Notes under the pieces: model-generated
Seen by the model: only the letters and a program-made list of their open reading frames with translations
What the model was told of the DNA's origin: nothing
Databases searched by the model: none
Program-made: the position numbers and the translations under genes
Part shown: one piece after another, positions 38,380-51,816 of the stretch
Numbering within the stretch: the stretch's first letter is position 1
Layout: each line of letters opens with the position of its first letter
From: Octopus sinensis
Taxonomy: Eukaryota
Assembly (NCBI RefSeq): GCF_006345805.1
Contig: NC_043005.1
Location: 64,108,001 to 64,172,000 of the forward strand
Reading direction: 5' to 3'
Length of the DNA stretch: 64,000 nucleotides

Positions 38380-38830
38380 GTTCCTAGTAAAAAGACGTCA
38401 ATGAGATACAATCTCGCCAAAGCTCTTCATTGCATATCTGGAAATTGTCACCAGAGATATTGACCAGAGAGGTGGTGTTGACATCAACACCTCCAATTCA
38501 TAGTTAACATCGTACTCATCGCCGAAACCACAGACCAGCTGCAGACAATGCTGACAGCTGGACACTCACAGCTCAGATGTATTCATTAAAATGCATAAAA
38601 ACAAAATACATGCAATTGAAAATGTTGCGCATGACCGAATATTAGTGGAACCGTTAAAATAGAAGAGGTAATGGAATAGGTTTACATGGGACAGACAGTG
38701 AATATGGGCCTAAATATTCCTCAAGGTGAATAAGAGCAGGATGGAAAGCATTTGCCCCGATAAAAGATGTGCTAAAAGCAAGGCTGGACAGGACCCCACA
38801 TATCAGTCTTTGAGACGTGGGTTGCTAGTG
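38380..38830 (+). mobile_element. RTE-clade LINE RT fragment, decayed
   Basis: Manual translation: IVLIAETTDQLQTML, KTKYMQ, IEEVME*VYMGQTV, RAGWKAF..IKDVLK. Confidence 0.72.
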
Positions 38831-38855
38831 AGCAAGAAGAACACACACACATACA

Positions 38856-39225
38856 TCTATTATATAAAATCCGTTCTGTCTGTCTGTGTGTATGTCTTCT
38901 AGGATCTCGGGCATCCTTCATCCGATTGCGCTCAAATTTGATATGTAGATACCGACGGTATCAGGGCGTGATTATTACAAAAATCGATTCCAGGTGGGAA
39001 TGCGATCGATAAAGCCGTGGGAACGGGCATTTGTAAAATCGCTTTTCTTGGAATAGAAAAAAGTCTATCTTTATTTCTTCTTTTGCTGGTGTCTCAAATT
39101 TAGGTTAAATCAGTATTTCTCAAAGGGAGGCCTATGGGACGGTCGGACAAGTTGTTTTGAGAAAATTTGGTTTAGATGTTTGGCAACTCAGCACCGTCCA
39201 TTGGACGGGGGGGGACTTTTGCTCG
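38856..39225 (+). mobile_element. Non-autonomous Helitron (~370 bp)
   Basis: A|TCTATTATATAAAA..CTGTCTGTCTG 5' end; subterminal hairpin CCGTCCA-T-TGGACGG (39194-39208); ends CTCG|T (variant of CTRR); sits between A and T with no TSD. Confidence 0.68.
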
Positions 39226-39879
39226 TATATACATATATTTATATATATGCGTGTGTGTAAGTTAGTACGCGAGTGTGCATGTGTATGTATATTTATGTGT
39301 TAGTGCCTCTTCGTAAAAGCCGACTTCTGAATTGTGTATAAAGGCGCAGGTAGGACATATTCATGGACATACATTTATACTTTCATACATTTATTCAAAT
39401 ATATATACATAATAATACATATATAAATACAGATATATGTGTGAGTGTGTGTGTGTGTGTTATTTAAATTCTGGTATCTAACTATTGACGTCCGCTGCTA
39501 CATAAACACACTATTAGTTTATAATTGTGTCATTAACCGTGTCATTATATGAGCTTAATTGTCCGAAAAATTAGAATCTAATTAACAATCATCTCAGGCA
39601 TATAACCATTTTGTAAACAAACTATATATTTATGTTTGCAAGTCTACTTACATGTACATGTGTATGTGTATATATATGTGTGTGTGTGTGTGGAAAGGGA
39701 AATAGATAGATCGATTGATAGATATACATATAGATATATATATGTGTATATACACTATAGAGAGTAGGTCACATAGATAAAATATATAAATAAATATTTA
39801 AATATATATTATCTGTGCCATACATGTATATATTGTGTGTGATTGCGCGTATGTATGTATATGTATGTATGTATGTATG

Positions 39880-39961
<82 letters not shown>

Positions 39962-39981
39962 TATATATATATATGTATATA

Positions 39982-40022
<41 letters not shown>

Positions 40023-40122
40023 GACAGAAATGGCAAGACAACAAGAGAATGAAAGAGACCTGGATATTGCTTGAATAGAGGAATTATCTGTAAATATATT
40101 TTCATAGCATTCTTTTCGATGG

Positions 40123-40192
40123 CCCGATAACTGAAGAGATATCGGCGTGGGTTTCCGCCCGACGAGATCCGAAACTGGGAGTTTTATCGTGG
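40123..40192 (+). ncRNA. Type I hammerhead-ribozyme-like motif, best preserved in the window
   Basis: Stem I CGATAA/TTATCG; CTGAAGA 40131-37; long GC-rich stem II; GAAA 40171-74; stem III ACT-GGG-AGT; GTT triplet 40181-83; in a ~210-bp insert between (TA)n tracts. Confidence 0.65.
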
Positions 40193-40241
40193 CTGCCGAA
40201 TAATTGTCACATATCATATTTACAGATATATGTGTGTGTAG

Positions 40242-40301
<60 letters not shown>

Positions 40302-40528
40302 TAATATAGGATAAAATTTTTCGAAAAGTTTTTTATCAATGCCCAGCATATTAAAAAATACCTTTAAAGGTTAAATTTATAAACAACTTATAAAAAAGGG
40401 TAAAATAAAAAAATTCTAATGCCAAATATGCCGAATTTAGACAAATTATCAATAACAATATAATTTATCACTATAAACACGCGTCTTGAAGTAAGCCGAC
40501 AGAAATTTCTAAAAAATTCCATTATTAT

Positions 40529-40590
40529 CGTATCGGTCCCAATTTCAGAGTAAATTCATAAGAATTTTCTCCTCGTCAGCGATAAATACG
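40529..40590 (-). ncRNA. Degenerate type I hammerhead-like motif
   Basis: Minus strand TATCG-CTGACGA-GGAGAAAATTC-TTAT-GAATTTACTCT-GAAA-TTGGGAC-CGATA: stems I and II pair; the conserved U before the cleavage site appears mutated. Confidence 0.5.
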
Positions 40591-41307
40591 TAAGACCTAA
40601 ATGAAACACTTACTCATACCCATGGAAGAAGCAAACACTAAGTCATGAGCAGACCTAAGTAAATATCCCAAACTGACATTAATTCGTTAGTTCACTGTAT
40701 TCAATATATTCAGTTTTTGGAAAATGTTTGTCAAACTGTCTTTCTGTCTGTCTTTCTTTTTTATGTCGTCTCTCTTTATGCTTTTTACTAAATTGTTCAT
40801 AAAATAGAAAACTTTTCAATTAACCATACTCTCCTTCCAACATTTTAGTTTTGGACGATTTTGAGATTTTATTTTAGTATTTTATTTATTTCTGCAAGTC
40901 CAAGTAACAACAGGGGATTTATTTTGATATCAACGGTATCAATAGCGATGCCCTGGTTCTACACTACTTACCGGTGCTGTGGTAGAATAGTCACTAAGTA
41001 AATATAAACATTAGAGTAGAAAAATAGGATGTCTACGAGACACCATCGGAATGGATTGTCGCCATCTATTGTATTAATTCATTGTAAATTCCTATTAGTG
41101 TCATTTCAAATAGACACGAGGACAATATAGATTTCAGGGCGAATAACGAAAGAGAGTATTCTGACGTTCAAGTCTTAGTTAAGGAATTATACGAAATAGC
41201 TTCAAGTGGAAATCGATCCTAGTGGAGACTCACTGCACGCTTATCGCTACTCTTCATTGCTTGTTACACCGTCTTGCTACATCCTACTGTTGAGGACATA
41301 TATATAT

Positions 41308-41354
<47 letters not shown>

Positions 41355-41355
41355 C

Positions 41356-41408
<53 letters not shown>

Positions 41409-43083
41409 GATAGATAGATAGATAGGTAGATATTGAGTGTCATCATGCGATACGATTCACACACCTACGCTAACTACACGCCCCCAAAGCATAAGATTTC
41501 TAAATAAATGTTTTGATAAACCAATAATAACATATATATATATATATATATCACAGTTCTTTTTTTTAATTCTAGGACATTAATACACAATTTACTGCGT
41601 TATCATATCCATTATTTCAATATTTGTATTCTGGGAACAGATTTATTAGAGATAATTGCTGAAACCAAATAAAGCGCAAATCATATTAATTTTAGGTGCG
41701 ATTTGAAATATGATAAGCAGCATGAAACATTTAGAAGCCATATTTTATTGCGCTTTAAAATTAGGAAAATATACAAGTGATGTTCATTGATTGTAGGTTC
41801 CCGTCCCATCGAGTTTAAGACAAACGTTTACTCTGTATTTTGAGGCCATTATATTTCAATAAAGCCCATTATTATGATAACCGATATGCCTTGGTAGGTT
41901 GACCTGCACAGGTCAGAAGAACTACATAGAAGTTTTAAACGTTAGCAGTTGAATGGAACTACACAGAAATAGGGGTGTGGTCCAGAAATTGCATTTCCAT
42001 ACTCGCCATCAAAATATTGCAGAATATTTCATCAATAGATCATGCTAATTGTCGGTGTGTATTATTTTTCCAGATGTAAAATGAAATGAGAAAATCAAGG
42101 GGAGAAAAAGACGGGAAAAAAAGAGAATTAATTGAAGAAAGTATAAAAGCAGTTATATAATAAGTGAATCGAACATGAATTTGATAGAAACATGGATTTG
42201 ATATCGACTAAAAGACTGAAAGAGAAGGTAAGATTGAATGTAATTGATAGAGAAATAAAGTAAATTGCAAGGTTACAGCAGAAGAATTCTATAACTTATT
42301 TTATGTTCATTCATGAGGTAATACGAATAAAAGAATTATTTTTAAGCCAGACCGAAGTTTGGCACTATATATTTCCTGTGGAATTTGGCTAGAAATTCAA
42401 AGGTAATAGAAAGGTTGATTGTTTAAGCATGAATGGAGATAGGAGCAAAAATGTAAAATTCTATTATAGACCGTAGAGCCATTCAGAAATATACTGGGGT
42501 GAGTGAAGTAGAATAGCTGATGGCGATATGACTCTCTGGCTGAGCTTACATAAAAGTCAATGAAAGAATTTGTTTGGAGCTTAAAATAGATTCGGAAGCG
42601 AATAAATCCGTACAGTATATGACAAGAAAGATGTGTGTGTGTGTGTGAGTGTATGGGAGATAGAGAAAGAGAGAGACAGACAGATAGAGAGATAGACAGA
42701 CAGATAGAAGATAGACAGACAGAGAGAAAGAGAGAGAGACAGAGACAGTGAGAGGCAGAGAAGCAGAAGGAGAGAAAAAGAACTTTGAAAATAAAAGTGT
42801 TTAGTACAAGGGTAGCAAGAGAAATAGATAAAGTAAAAAGAAAAATAAGGAAAATTTAATGATACAGTTTCAGAAAGAGATAACAAAAAAAAAAGAAGAG
42901 AATAACACTTGCGTTTGTAAGAAGAGAGAGAAAAACAAGAAAGACAGAAATCTGGTTAAGGAGATAAAATTGTAATATAAGAAGCTGTGGGAATAGAGTA
43001 ACTCTATATAAACGTATAAAGGCAAGAATTGAACTATTTGCTATTGTTGTTGCTGTTGTTGTTGCTGTTGTTGCTGCTACTCC

Positions 43084-43123
<40 letters not shown>

Positions 43124-43313
43124 AGCATTGTTGTTGATGTTATGTTTCAAGTTGATATTCCTTATTTTCATTGGTGTGGTTGGTGTTTCGTCCCAAGACA
43201 ATACTAATCGAAGAGACAAATCATCAAAGATGTTACAACAGCAATATATATATATATATATGGGTGTATATATATGCACACACACACATACACACTCACA
43301 CACACAGACGCAC

Positions 43314-43397
<84 letters not shown>

Positions 43398-43439
43398 CGG
43401 TTTCTTTTGCAGAAATGCTGCGATACACACACACACACA

Positions 43440-44295
43440 TAAACGACGTACTCCTTTCAGTTTCCACCTGCTAAATCTATGGTCAAACAGCGCCTTTAGT
43501 AGAAGACGTTTGCTCAAGATGCCACGCAGTAGGAGTGAAACCGGAATCGTGTAGTTGAGAAACAAACTTCTTACCGCACAGCCACGCCTGCACCTATGTG
43601 TATGTGAGTATATGTGCGTGTGTGTGTGTGTTTTTGTGTGTATGTGTGTGTTCGCTTGTATGTATGCATGTATATACGTATGACGAAATCTGTGTATGTA
43701 GGAAATTAGCTGCTATTTTTACCATCTTGAAAGACCACTCGGTGACACCCTCGTTCTATAATAGTGTTGCCTTTTTTATTCTCGTTTTCTTGGCCAGATT
43801 TGATGGAAGAAAGAAGCTGACAATAATACATATTTCACTTCTGTACACAGCTGCGGTTTTTCTGATTGTTAGTTAGTGGTGACGGGAGCGAGGTGCAATG
43901 TAATCCTTCCTACTACAGACACAAGGCCTGAAATTATAGTGCCAAACTTCGGTCTGGCTTCAAAATAATTTTTTATTCGTATTACCTCATGAATGACCAT
44001 AAAATAAGTCTACTGTAACCTTGCAATTTACTTTAATTCTCTATCAAGTACCAGCGCATAACTGGTACTTAATTTATCTACACCAAAAGGATGAAAGGCA
44101 AAGTTGACCTCGGCAGCATTTGAATTCAGAACGTGAAAGCAGACGAAATACCTATTTCTTTACTACCCACAAGGTGCTAAACACAGAGAGGACAAACAAG
44201 GACAGACAAACGGATTAAATCGATTATATCGGTTGTCAAGCGATGTTGCGGGGACAAACACAGACACACAAACATATACATACATACACACATAA

Positions 44296-44353
<58 letters not shown>

Positions 44354-44890
44354 GACGGGCTTCTTTCAGTTTCCATCTACCAAATCCATTCACAAGGCTT
44401 TGGTTGGCCTGAGGCTATAGTAGAAGACACTTGTCCAAGGTGCCAAGCAGTGGGACTGAACCCGGAACCATGTGGCTGGTAAGCAAGCTACCTACCACAC
44501 AGTCACTCTTAATATATATATATATATTCTTTTATTCTTTTATTCTTTCACTTGCTTCAGGCATTTAACTGCGACCATGCTGGAGTAGCGTCTTTAGACG
44601 AACAAACCAGGACCTATTCTATGTAAGTCTAGTACTTATTCTATCGGTTTCTTTTGCCAAACCGATACGGTACAGGGACGTGAACACACTAACATCGATT
44701 GTCAAGCGATTGTGGTGGAAGACAGACACACAAATATACACATATACATATACATATATATATTTACATACATATATATATAAATCACGGGCTTCTTTCA
44801 GTTCCTTGCTACCAAATCCACTCACAACGCTTTGTTCGGCCCGAGGCTTCAGTAGAAGACATTTGCCTGTGGTGCCACGCAGTGGGACTG
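43440..44890 (-). mobile_element. Cluster of minus-strand SINEs: B (43440-43595), A (43890-44230), B (44230-44510), B (44530-44890)
   Basis: Reverse complements of the family A and B sequences above. Confidence 0.85.
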
Positions 44891-45499
44891 AAGGACTGAA
44901 AGCCGAACTTTGTGCACCAACCGTGTGTACGGATTCTCTGGTCCTTACTAAAGTAAATTCGGATTTACTTAAGTAAATCCCGTTACGCATACATTTACAA
45001 GTATAAGTCAAATATGCAACGTATACATAAAGAAAAATATGAGTATACTTCAGCACACAGTCCACAGTACACTGTAATTATAAAAGCATGTTTATGAAAG
45101 ATAGCGATAAGTTGAAGTTACACTGACCTGCAGAACTTCAAAACCCTCTTATGCTGTGAGCTAGAAAATACTGATGCTTTCTACTAAACACTTTTTCTCA
45201 ATTCTATTCTTTGTAATAGTAATCAATACGATGCTTTTACGTATTTGCCTCGTTGGTCAAAGGTAAAATCACTATATTTAGCCAAGTCCATTATCAATAT
45301 TTTATAATGGGGAGTAGATGTGAGTAAGACAGAACCATTTTTGATACTTTACTAAATCTGAAGAATATCAAAGTTTTACTGAGTTCCAACCTGAGAGATG
45401 ACTTTATTGTTCATTGTTCTGTGTCTAATATAAAATCTAAAGCTATACTTAGGTACAAGTCCTCAGTTAGCGTGATTGGTAAGGGTTCAAATAATTCGA

Positions 45500-46070
45500 T
45501 TGATATTGCCCCTACACTTCGTCACCAGGCCACTATTAACCTCCGCAAAGCTTTGATAAAACACACAATAGAGTGTTATTCTCACGTCTGGCACTGTACT
45601 GCTTCCACGCTCATCCAGATTTTCTAGTTCGCACCAGCGTGATTATGAAATCGATCTCCCCCGATCTCCAATGCCTAGCCCACAGATGTGTCACCTTCCT
45701 CTCAGCTTCTTACTACTCCTGCCTGCAATATTCTCTTCTCTTCGAAACTAGAAGGACTAATGCCTTTTCCACTCAGGCACTTCTTGTTGTCTTCTCCTCC
45801 CATTCACCTTACCGTGTCTATTTGTCATTCTCACCTGTCCAGTACTGTACCAACTCCGATTTCTTTTTATTCCTTCCCAGAACGTCCTCCCTCTGGAATT
45901 TCTTTCCTCTGCATATTTTCTCTGCAGTTGTCAGTTTACAACTTTCGAGGAAGAGCATTAATCGCGTTGATTTCACTTGTCTGAAAAAGCCTGACAAGCA
46001 CCTTCATTTCGACCAGACCATTATTTTACGGAGATGTACTTGCATAGCAAGTGACCTGATCTGAAATCGT
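45500..46070 (+). mobile_element. CR1/Jockey-group LINE ORF2 C-terminal fragment
   Basis: KALIKHTIECYSHVW (YKAxxRPxxEYCSHVW-like), LQCLAHR, FLPRTSSLWNFFP, SINRVD. Confidence 0.72.
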
Positions 46071-47739
46071 GTGCTGAAATCTGAGATCGTGAATAATATT
46101 ATTGTTTATGGATAAACATCTGACGCAAAAGGAGAGAACATCATTGAGTCATAAGAATGATAACTCAAATAAATTATTGACAACCTGACCACTGTTACAG
46201 CACCATTCTGCGATATGCGGAAGCACTTGTGTGTGTGTGGGAGGCCTTTATCCATGTTAGCATGTATGCGCGTATGTATGTGAGTGCAAGTGTATGTACG
46301 CATTTATTTCCATATCTGCCTTGACACATTTATAACCCGTAACTTAGAGCTGTAAATAGGCACCGATAATATAAAATCCGAACTTCGAAATAAATCATTC
46401 TACTGTGTTATATATATTCGTCTAAGACCATTTAAGACGAAGCTGCGGTATGGCCGCATTTCACTGACTAAAATAATTTTAAAAAAACAATGTTTCGAGC
46501 ATTCTCAAATAATTTAATAAATTCAGATCCGGTGGTATCAAATATCACCCCAAAAGCAAAAATGCAATGACTAGCTATCGATGTGAACTCAGAACATGAT
46601 TTCGTAAAACCAATACAGTAGTTATGCAACCATTAAATTGTTGTTTGTAATTTTTCTTTAATCATTTCTTTAAAGTTTTCATGATTAGCCTTCCTTGCTT
46701 CATGTTCTTGTTTAATTGATTTTGTTCTAAGGAGACATTTTTTTTTTCTTAACACGATTTCTCTTATTGCTTTCTTCTGTCGTCAGCGGTTAACTTCTTT
46801 TCTGTTCAGAGATATTGTACCTAATAAATGAACGGAGATGCTGTTTTGAGTTAAATTAATGGACGTCTTGAAAAATATATTTTGTACTGAGGTAATCAAG
46901 TTTTTACTAACTTAAGACCTGATTAACTAATATAATTCTTTCCTACGTGTATTGATAACACTTTTCTTTCCTTCATAAGCATTTGAAGAAAAGAAGAAAC
47001 TTCTATATGGTCACTAAAACTACTAGAAATAACAATAAAATATCTCTGAAACCAAATTTTTAAAAAGAGGAACACACCGACTAATATACTCCTAGATACA
47101 CCTAAACGATGGCCATATCTAGTTAACTTTAAGTCAACGGAATTCTTCGATCAAAATTGGTCTTGTATTGAACGACAGCAACAAAGGCAGAAATAAACAC
47201 AAACGCAAAAATTACAGATATACATACAGATACACAACTGCATACACGTTACAATATACGTGGTACAATCTGTTGTAGAGTTATTTATTGAGAATAAAGA
47301 ATAAGAATATATGGGTATAAAGGTAGTATAATCCTTGATATATTATATTTATTATTCTGAGTCAGTTTCTCATAAATATCCTATATTCTTTCTGTGACTA
47401 AACAGTATGTTAGAAATACTTTTCTATTTCTTCTTTAAATTTTTTCATATATTCCAGTAAATGGTTTCTACAAAAGGCATGTGAGTATCACTAGAATAAT
47501 ACGGAAATATTTTACATTGAGATCAAGAATAGCTGAGTGGTTTTTGGCGCAGGTGATGGATCGATGTTCAAAATACTTAGCTGTCAACGGGTAAGTCGAC
47601 AAATTACAATTCATAGTAATAAGCAATAACGTGTGAGGTGATGTAATACATCGCTGTAAGCTGTATTCATTCTTCTACGACTACAATCAGAAATGTCAAT
47701 AAGCACAAAAGTATCCTCTAAAATCAGTAGACTCTTTTG

Positions 47740-48300
47740 TATGCATAAGACGTAACATTGCATTCACAGATAAGGATTTTAAAAGAATTCACGCAAAACA
47801 GTAGGCTATTCTTAAAAGCTTCAGAGTCATCTGGAAATGATCAGAGGACACCAGATGATTTTAAGTTTCGTTCGTGTCATTGTGGAATCAGTATTATTGT
47901 ACTTGCCAATTGCTTGGTCAGTCACCTAACACCTAGCGGCAAGATTTGAGAGGGTTTACACTTATATGTTACGAGTCAGTATGAATATCAGACAGGAAAA
48001 GCATCCGACCAAACAAAAACTGTATGACAGTCTTCTTGCAATCACTGAAGTCCTTAGAAGAAAATGCATGCATTTTGTGGGGAACACATTGCCGGATAGT
48101 TAAGCAAGAACGTATTAGTGATACACTCCTGTAAATAACCCCAACATAAATATATAGAGTCGTCCAGCGAAAACCTTCATCGACCAGCTTTGTGCTGACA
48201 TGTGACGTTATCTTCCCACCTAGTCACTGTCATGTAAGGTGATGATGGATGACGTAATCGAGTCAAGAGTATCTGGGTAAGCTCGACCAGATAAAGCTAC
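47740..48300 (+). mobile_element. RTE/RTE-X LINE 3' fragment, decayed
   Basis: Manual translation: VESVLLY, YTYMLRVSMNIRQEKHPTKQKLYDSL, RRKCMHFVG, KQERISDTLL. Confidence 0.68.
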
Positions 48301-48989
48301 AGCTTAGTGAAACAGATTTGTGGACGATTTTAATTTTCCTTACTCCTACAGGAACATGTAAATGCACAAGATTTAGGCGTCAACTGGAGGTTAGTCACCT
48401 CTACTACGGATAACTATGTGCCTTGAATGCGACAAAAGAGTTTTAGTGATGATAGTGGTGACAACGGACGTTTACTAAAGTATTCTGAAGTTGCAAAGAA
48501 TGATAGATTTGAAAGTGAAGGATGAAACGGACGGAAGGTAAAGGAAAAGAGGATTTTGTTTTGTGGAAAGGCTGTGCGCTGTTCGAGTGCTTAGATACTG
48601 TTTCATGAAATTCCGGATATATCAGCATCTCACATTAGCAGAGCAAAGTGATGCAACCCCTTTTTTAGTGAACAAATTCAACATATCTTCATCCCGCCTC
48701 CATTAGAGCTAATCTCTGTCTACAATCACAAGCAGAAATTCTATCCGGTGAGCAAACAACTACCTATTGAATAAAGGGCAAAGGGCGAATAGGCCTGCGA
48801 GAAATAACTGGTGGATCTGTCTCAAAGTACAACCCATTCTCTTTAAAATGCTAAGAATCGTTAGATAATGTAGTCCAAGACATACAATACCTGGAGGGAA
48901 AATATTGAGTGTCCTATTAATTGGCTTTAGTAATTCATCGATTTCAATCCAGAAGAGACTTCAATTGTGATAGGTCTTCTGTAATCTTC

Positions 48990-49328
48990 ACAAACACACT
49001 TCATTTCAATGGCTGTTGGGCATGATTGTGGCTTTAAGCTGGTTGATCAGCCTCCCTATTCTCCTGATTCGGCCCCATCTGACCGTTCCCCAAAATGAAA
49101 AAGCACTTGGCTGAGATCCAGTACCGAAGTGATGATGACGTCACATCTACTGTTGATGAATTTTTTTTTTAATATCAACAGGATGAAAGCTCCTTCACCA
49201 ATACACTGCAACACCGACAGAAGAAACGTGTGGGCCGCAAGGTGGACTATGTTGAAAAAGAAACCTCATTTAGTCACATTCCATGAAAGTATCCTGGTCA
49301 GCCTATTGACTTTTCAGCTGCCCGCGTA
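48990..49328 (+). mobile_element. Mariner 3' fragment (irritans-like)
   Basis: CGFKLVDQPPYSPDSAPSD, FPKMKKHLA, KRVGRKVD/DYVEK tail; ends GACTTTTCAGCTGCCCGCG-TA. Confidence 0.85.
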
Positions 49329-50815
49329 TGTGTTTCGGTACGTTGCAAGTAGGATTCAAACTCTGCCGGGGTAAACCATTTCGAAAATCGATAAACTTCA
49401 ATCGCTACACTCAGATACTGGAATTGACTTAATTGACTCGGCTCTACCCAAAAAAGCTTTCAAGGCCTGTATCTTACTTCAAAACGAATATGATATCACA
49501 TGAGGATGATGAATAAGCAGAATTATTAGTGCGTCGAACAAAACGTCTTAAGGCATATTTTCCGGTTCCGTGCGTTCAGTATTTAGCGTCTATAAAATGT
49601 AATAACAGTCAAGTACACGTGTACACGTTGTACCTACTCAAATTCCTGACCGTGTTCCTACGAAAGAAATTATTAAAGCAAATGACGATACTAAATCTCC
49701 AACTTGTTTCTTTATAGATATTTATTATAAAACACAGCTTTCCCCCATTAAAACCTAACTGAATATTTTCCTCGAACAAACACATAAGCAAACTGATAAA
49801 ACCCACCTAAATCTCATCTCCTTTCAAATTAACCCATCCAAAGTACTGCTTTTCGTTTCGTTATATTTCTAGTTCTTTTTTTAGTTAGATATAGTAGTAT
49901 TTTCTCTCTCACTCTCTCACTCTGTCTTTCTCTATCCTCTCTCTCTCCCTCTCTCTCTCCCTGTCTCCTTCCCTCTCTCTCTCTTTCAAATCTAATTGTT
50001 CCTTTTTCTCTTTTACTATTTCTCTAACAAAATCATTCATTTCATTGTGTCACTATCTCTTGCAATACGTTTATTTTTATCATCGCTAATAACGTTATCA
50101 TGATTGTGCTTATGACGACTTATACGTGTCTTTATTGTCCTTAGGAAAAAATACAGGAAACACTATTAATACAGTTATCGTCATTGTCATGATCATCATC
50201 ATTATCATCATCATTATCATCATCACCCTCATCAGTAGTAGTAGTAGTAGTAGTAGTAGTATAGTAGTAGTAGTAGTTAGTAGTAGTAGTAGTAGTAGTA
50301 ATACTAAATTGCATCACTGTTACTACTTTTGCTCTCCCTGATATGTCTATTAACGATATAATGGTCTTTAACGTATCACTGTACCATAACGAAATAAATG
50401 AATTGTCAGCCCATAAAATTGTTACCTGATAAATCTTTAACTGGACTAAATCACTTATATTAATGACAACTTGACTGAAATGATCTATTGATATTTTTGT
50501 CATTTCTATTGACATAAAAACCCACGTAATTGATTCTACTCCGAGTACTAACCTAACGAACAGACTATTATAAATTTCTATGTGTTGGCACGAATTTGTC
50601 ACACATTTTTTTCTTTACAATTCAGTTTATTAGCATAACAATTGTTCAATAAAAGATAAAGCATTTTGGTAGAGAATGTTTTATACACATACAGTCACAT
50701 CTATATGTATGTATGCTTGTGCGCGTCTTTATGTAAGAACACACTCACACACATATGTAAGTATATTTACATATATGTGAATATAAGTGTACATATATTT
50801 ATATACATATATACT

Positions 50816-50847
<32 letters not shown>

Positions 50848-50876
50848 CATAGATATGTGTATATATTTTCTCATAT

Positions 50877-51503
50877 ATTATATAAAAGGGCTTAGTAAAA
50901 TAAATTACTTTGCCGCATACTGAACTCATTAGAAATAGCAGCTAAAAAACTTTTTTAAAGCTATTTCTAATACTTAAAGAAAATCTCTCTCATATATAGT
51001 GTTTGCTTAATTCAACTCACAAAAGTTTGGGGGTAAGGACATCGAAAAATCAAATGCTAAGGTTATTTGAGAACGTACGTTTCAAGATTAGTCAAAAACA
51101 ACACTTCTATCATCAGCTCAGAAATTCCTTGGTTTGGATTTGGAAACACTGAAAATAAGAACATACCCTTTCGAAGATCTGCTCGTAACTAACAGTGCCA
51201 ACAAATTCAAAGGGTATGTTCTTATTTTCAGTGTTTCCAAATCCAAACCAAGGAATTTCTGAGCTGATGATAGAAGTGTTGTTTTTGACTAATCTTGAAA
51301 CGTACGTTCTCAAATAACCTTAGCATTTGATTTTTCGATGTCCTTACCCCCAAACTTTTGTGAGTTGAATTAAGCAAACACTATATATGAGAGAGATTTT
51401 CTTTAAGTATTAGAAATAGCTTTAAAAAAGTTTTTTAGCTGCTATTTCTAATGAGTTCAGTATGCGGCAAAGTAATTTATTTTACTAAGCCCTTTTATAT
51501 AAT
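50877..51503. repeat. Perfect inverted repeat, 295-bp arms (50877-51171, 51209-51503) with a 37-bp spacer
   Basis: Base-by-base reading found no mismatch between arms. Confidence 0.97.
51251..51320 (+). ncRNA. Hammerhead-like motif in the palindrome right arm (mirror copy 51060-51129 on minus strand)
   Basis: TGAG-CTGATGA(51264-70)-TAGA..TCTT-GAAA(51297-300)-CGTACG-TT-CTCA; stem I TGAG/CTCA, palindromic stem III ACGTACGT; stem II closing pair imperfect. Confidence 0.55.
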
Positions 51504-51816
51504 GTAATAATTTGAATTCGCCTTGAATGGTCCCTTTGCATACTGAACACTTGGTGAAATTGATTAATAATTAATTAATTTTGCCCTCAATTGTTGAAAT
51601 TATTTTCTCATATAGATATATGTATGTATTCATATACATGTGTTTATGTATGTATATATCTATATAGCTAGATAGATAGACATAGATATAAATATCATAT
51701 ATACACATACACGCACATACACACACATATTATTTAATATACATAATATATTTAATATACACAATATATGTTTATTTAATATATACAATATATGTTTTTA
51801 TGTATTACTGTTAGTT

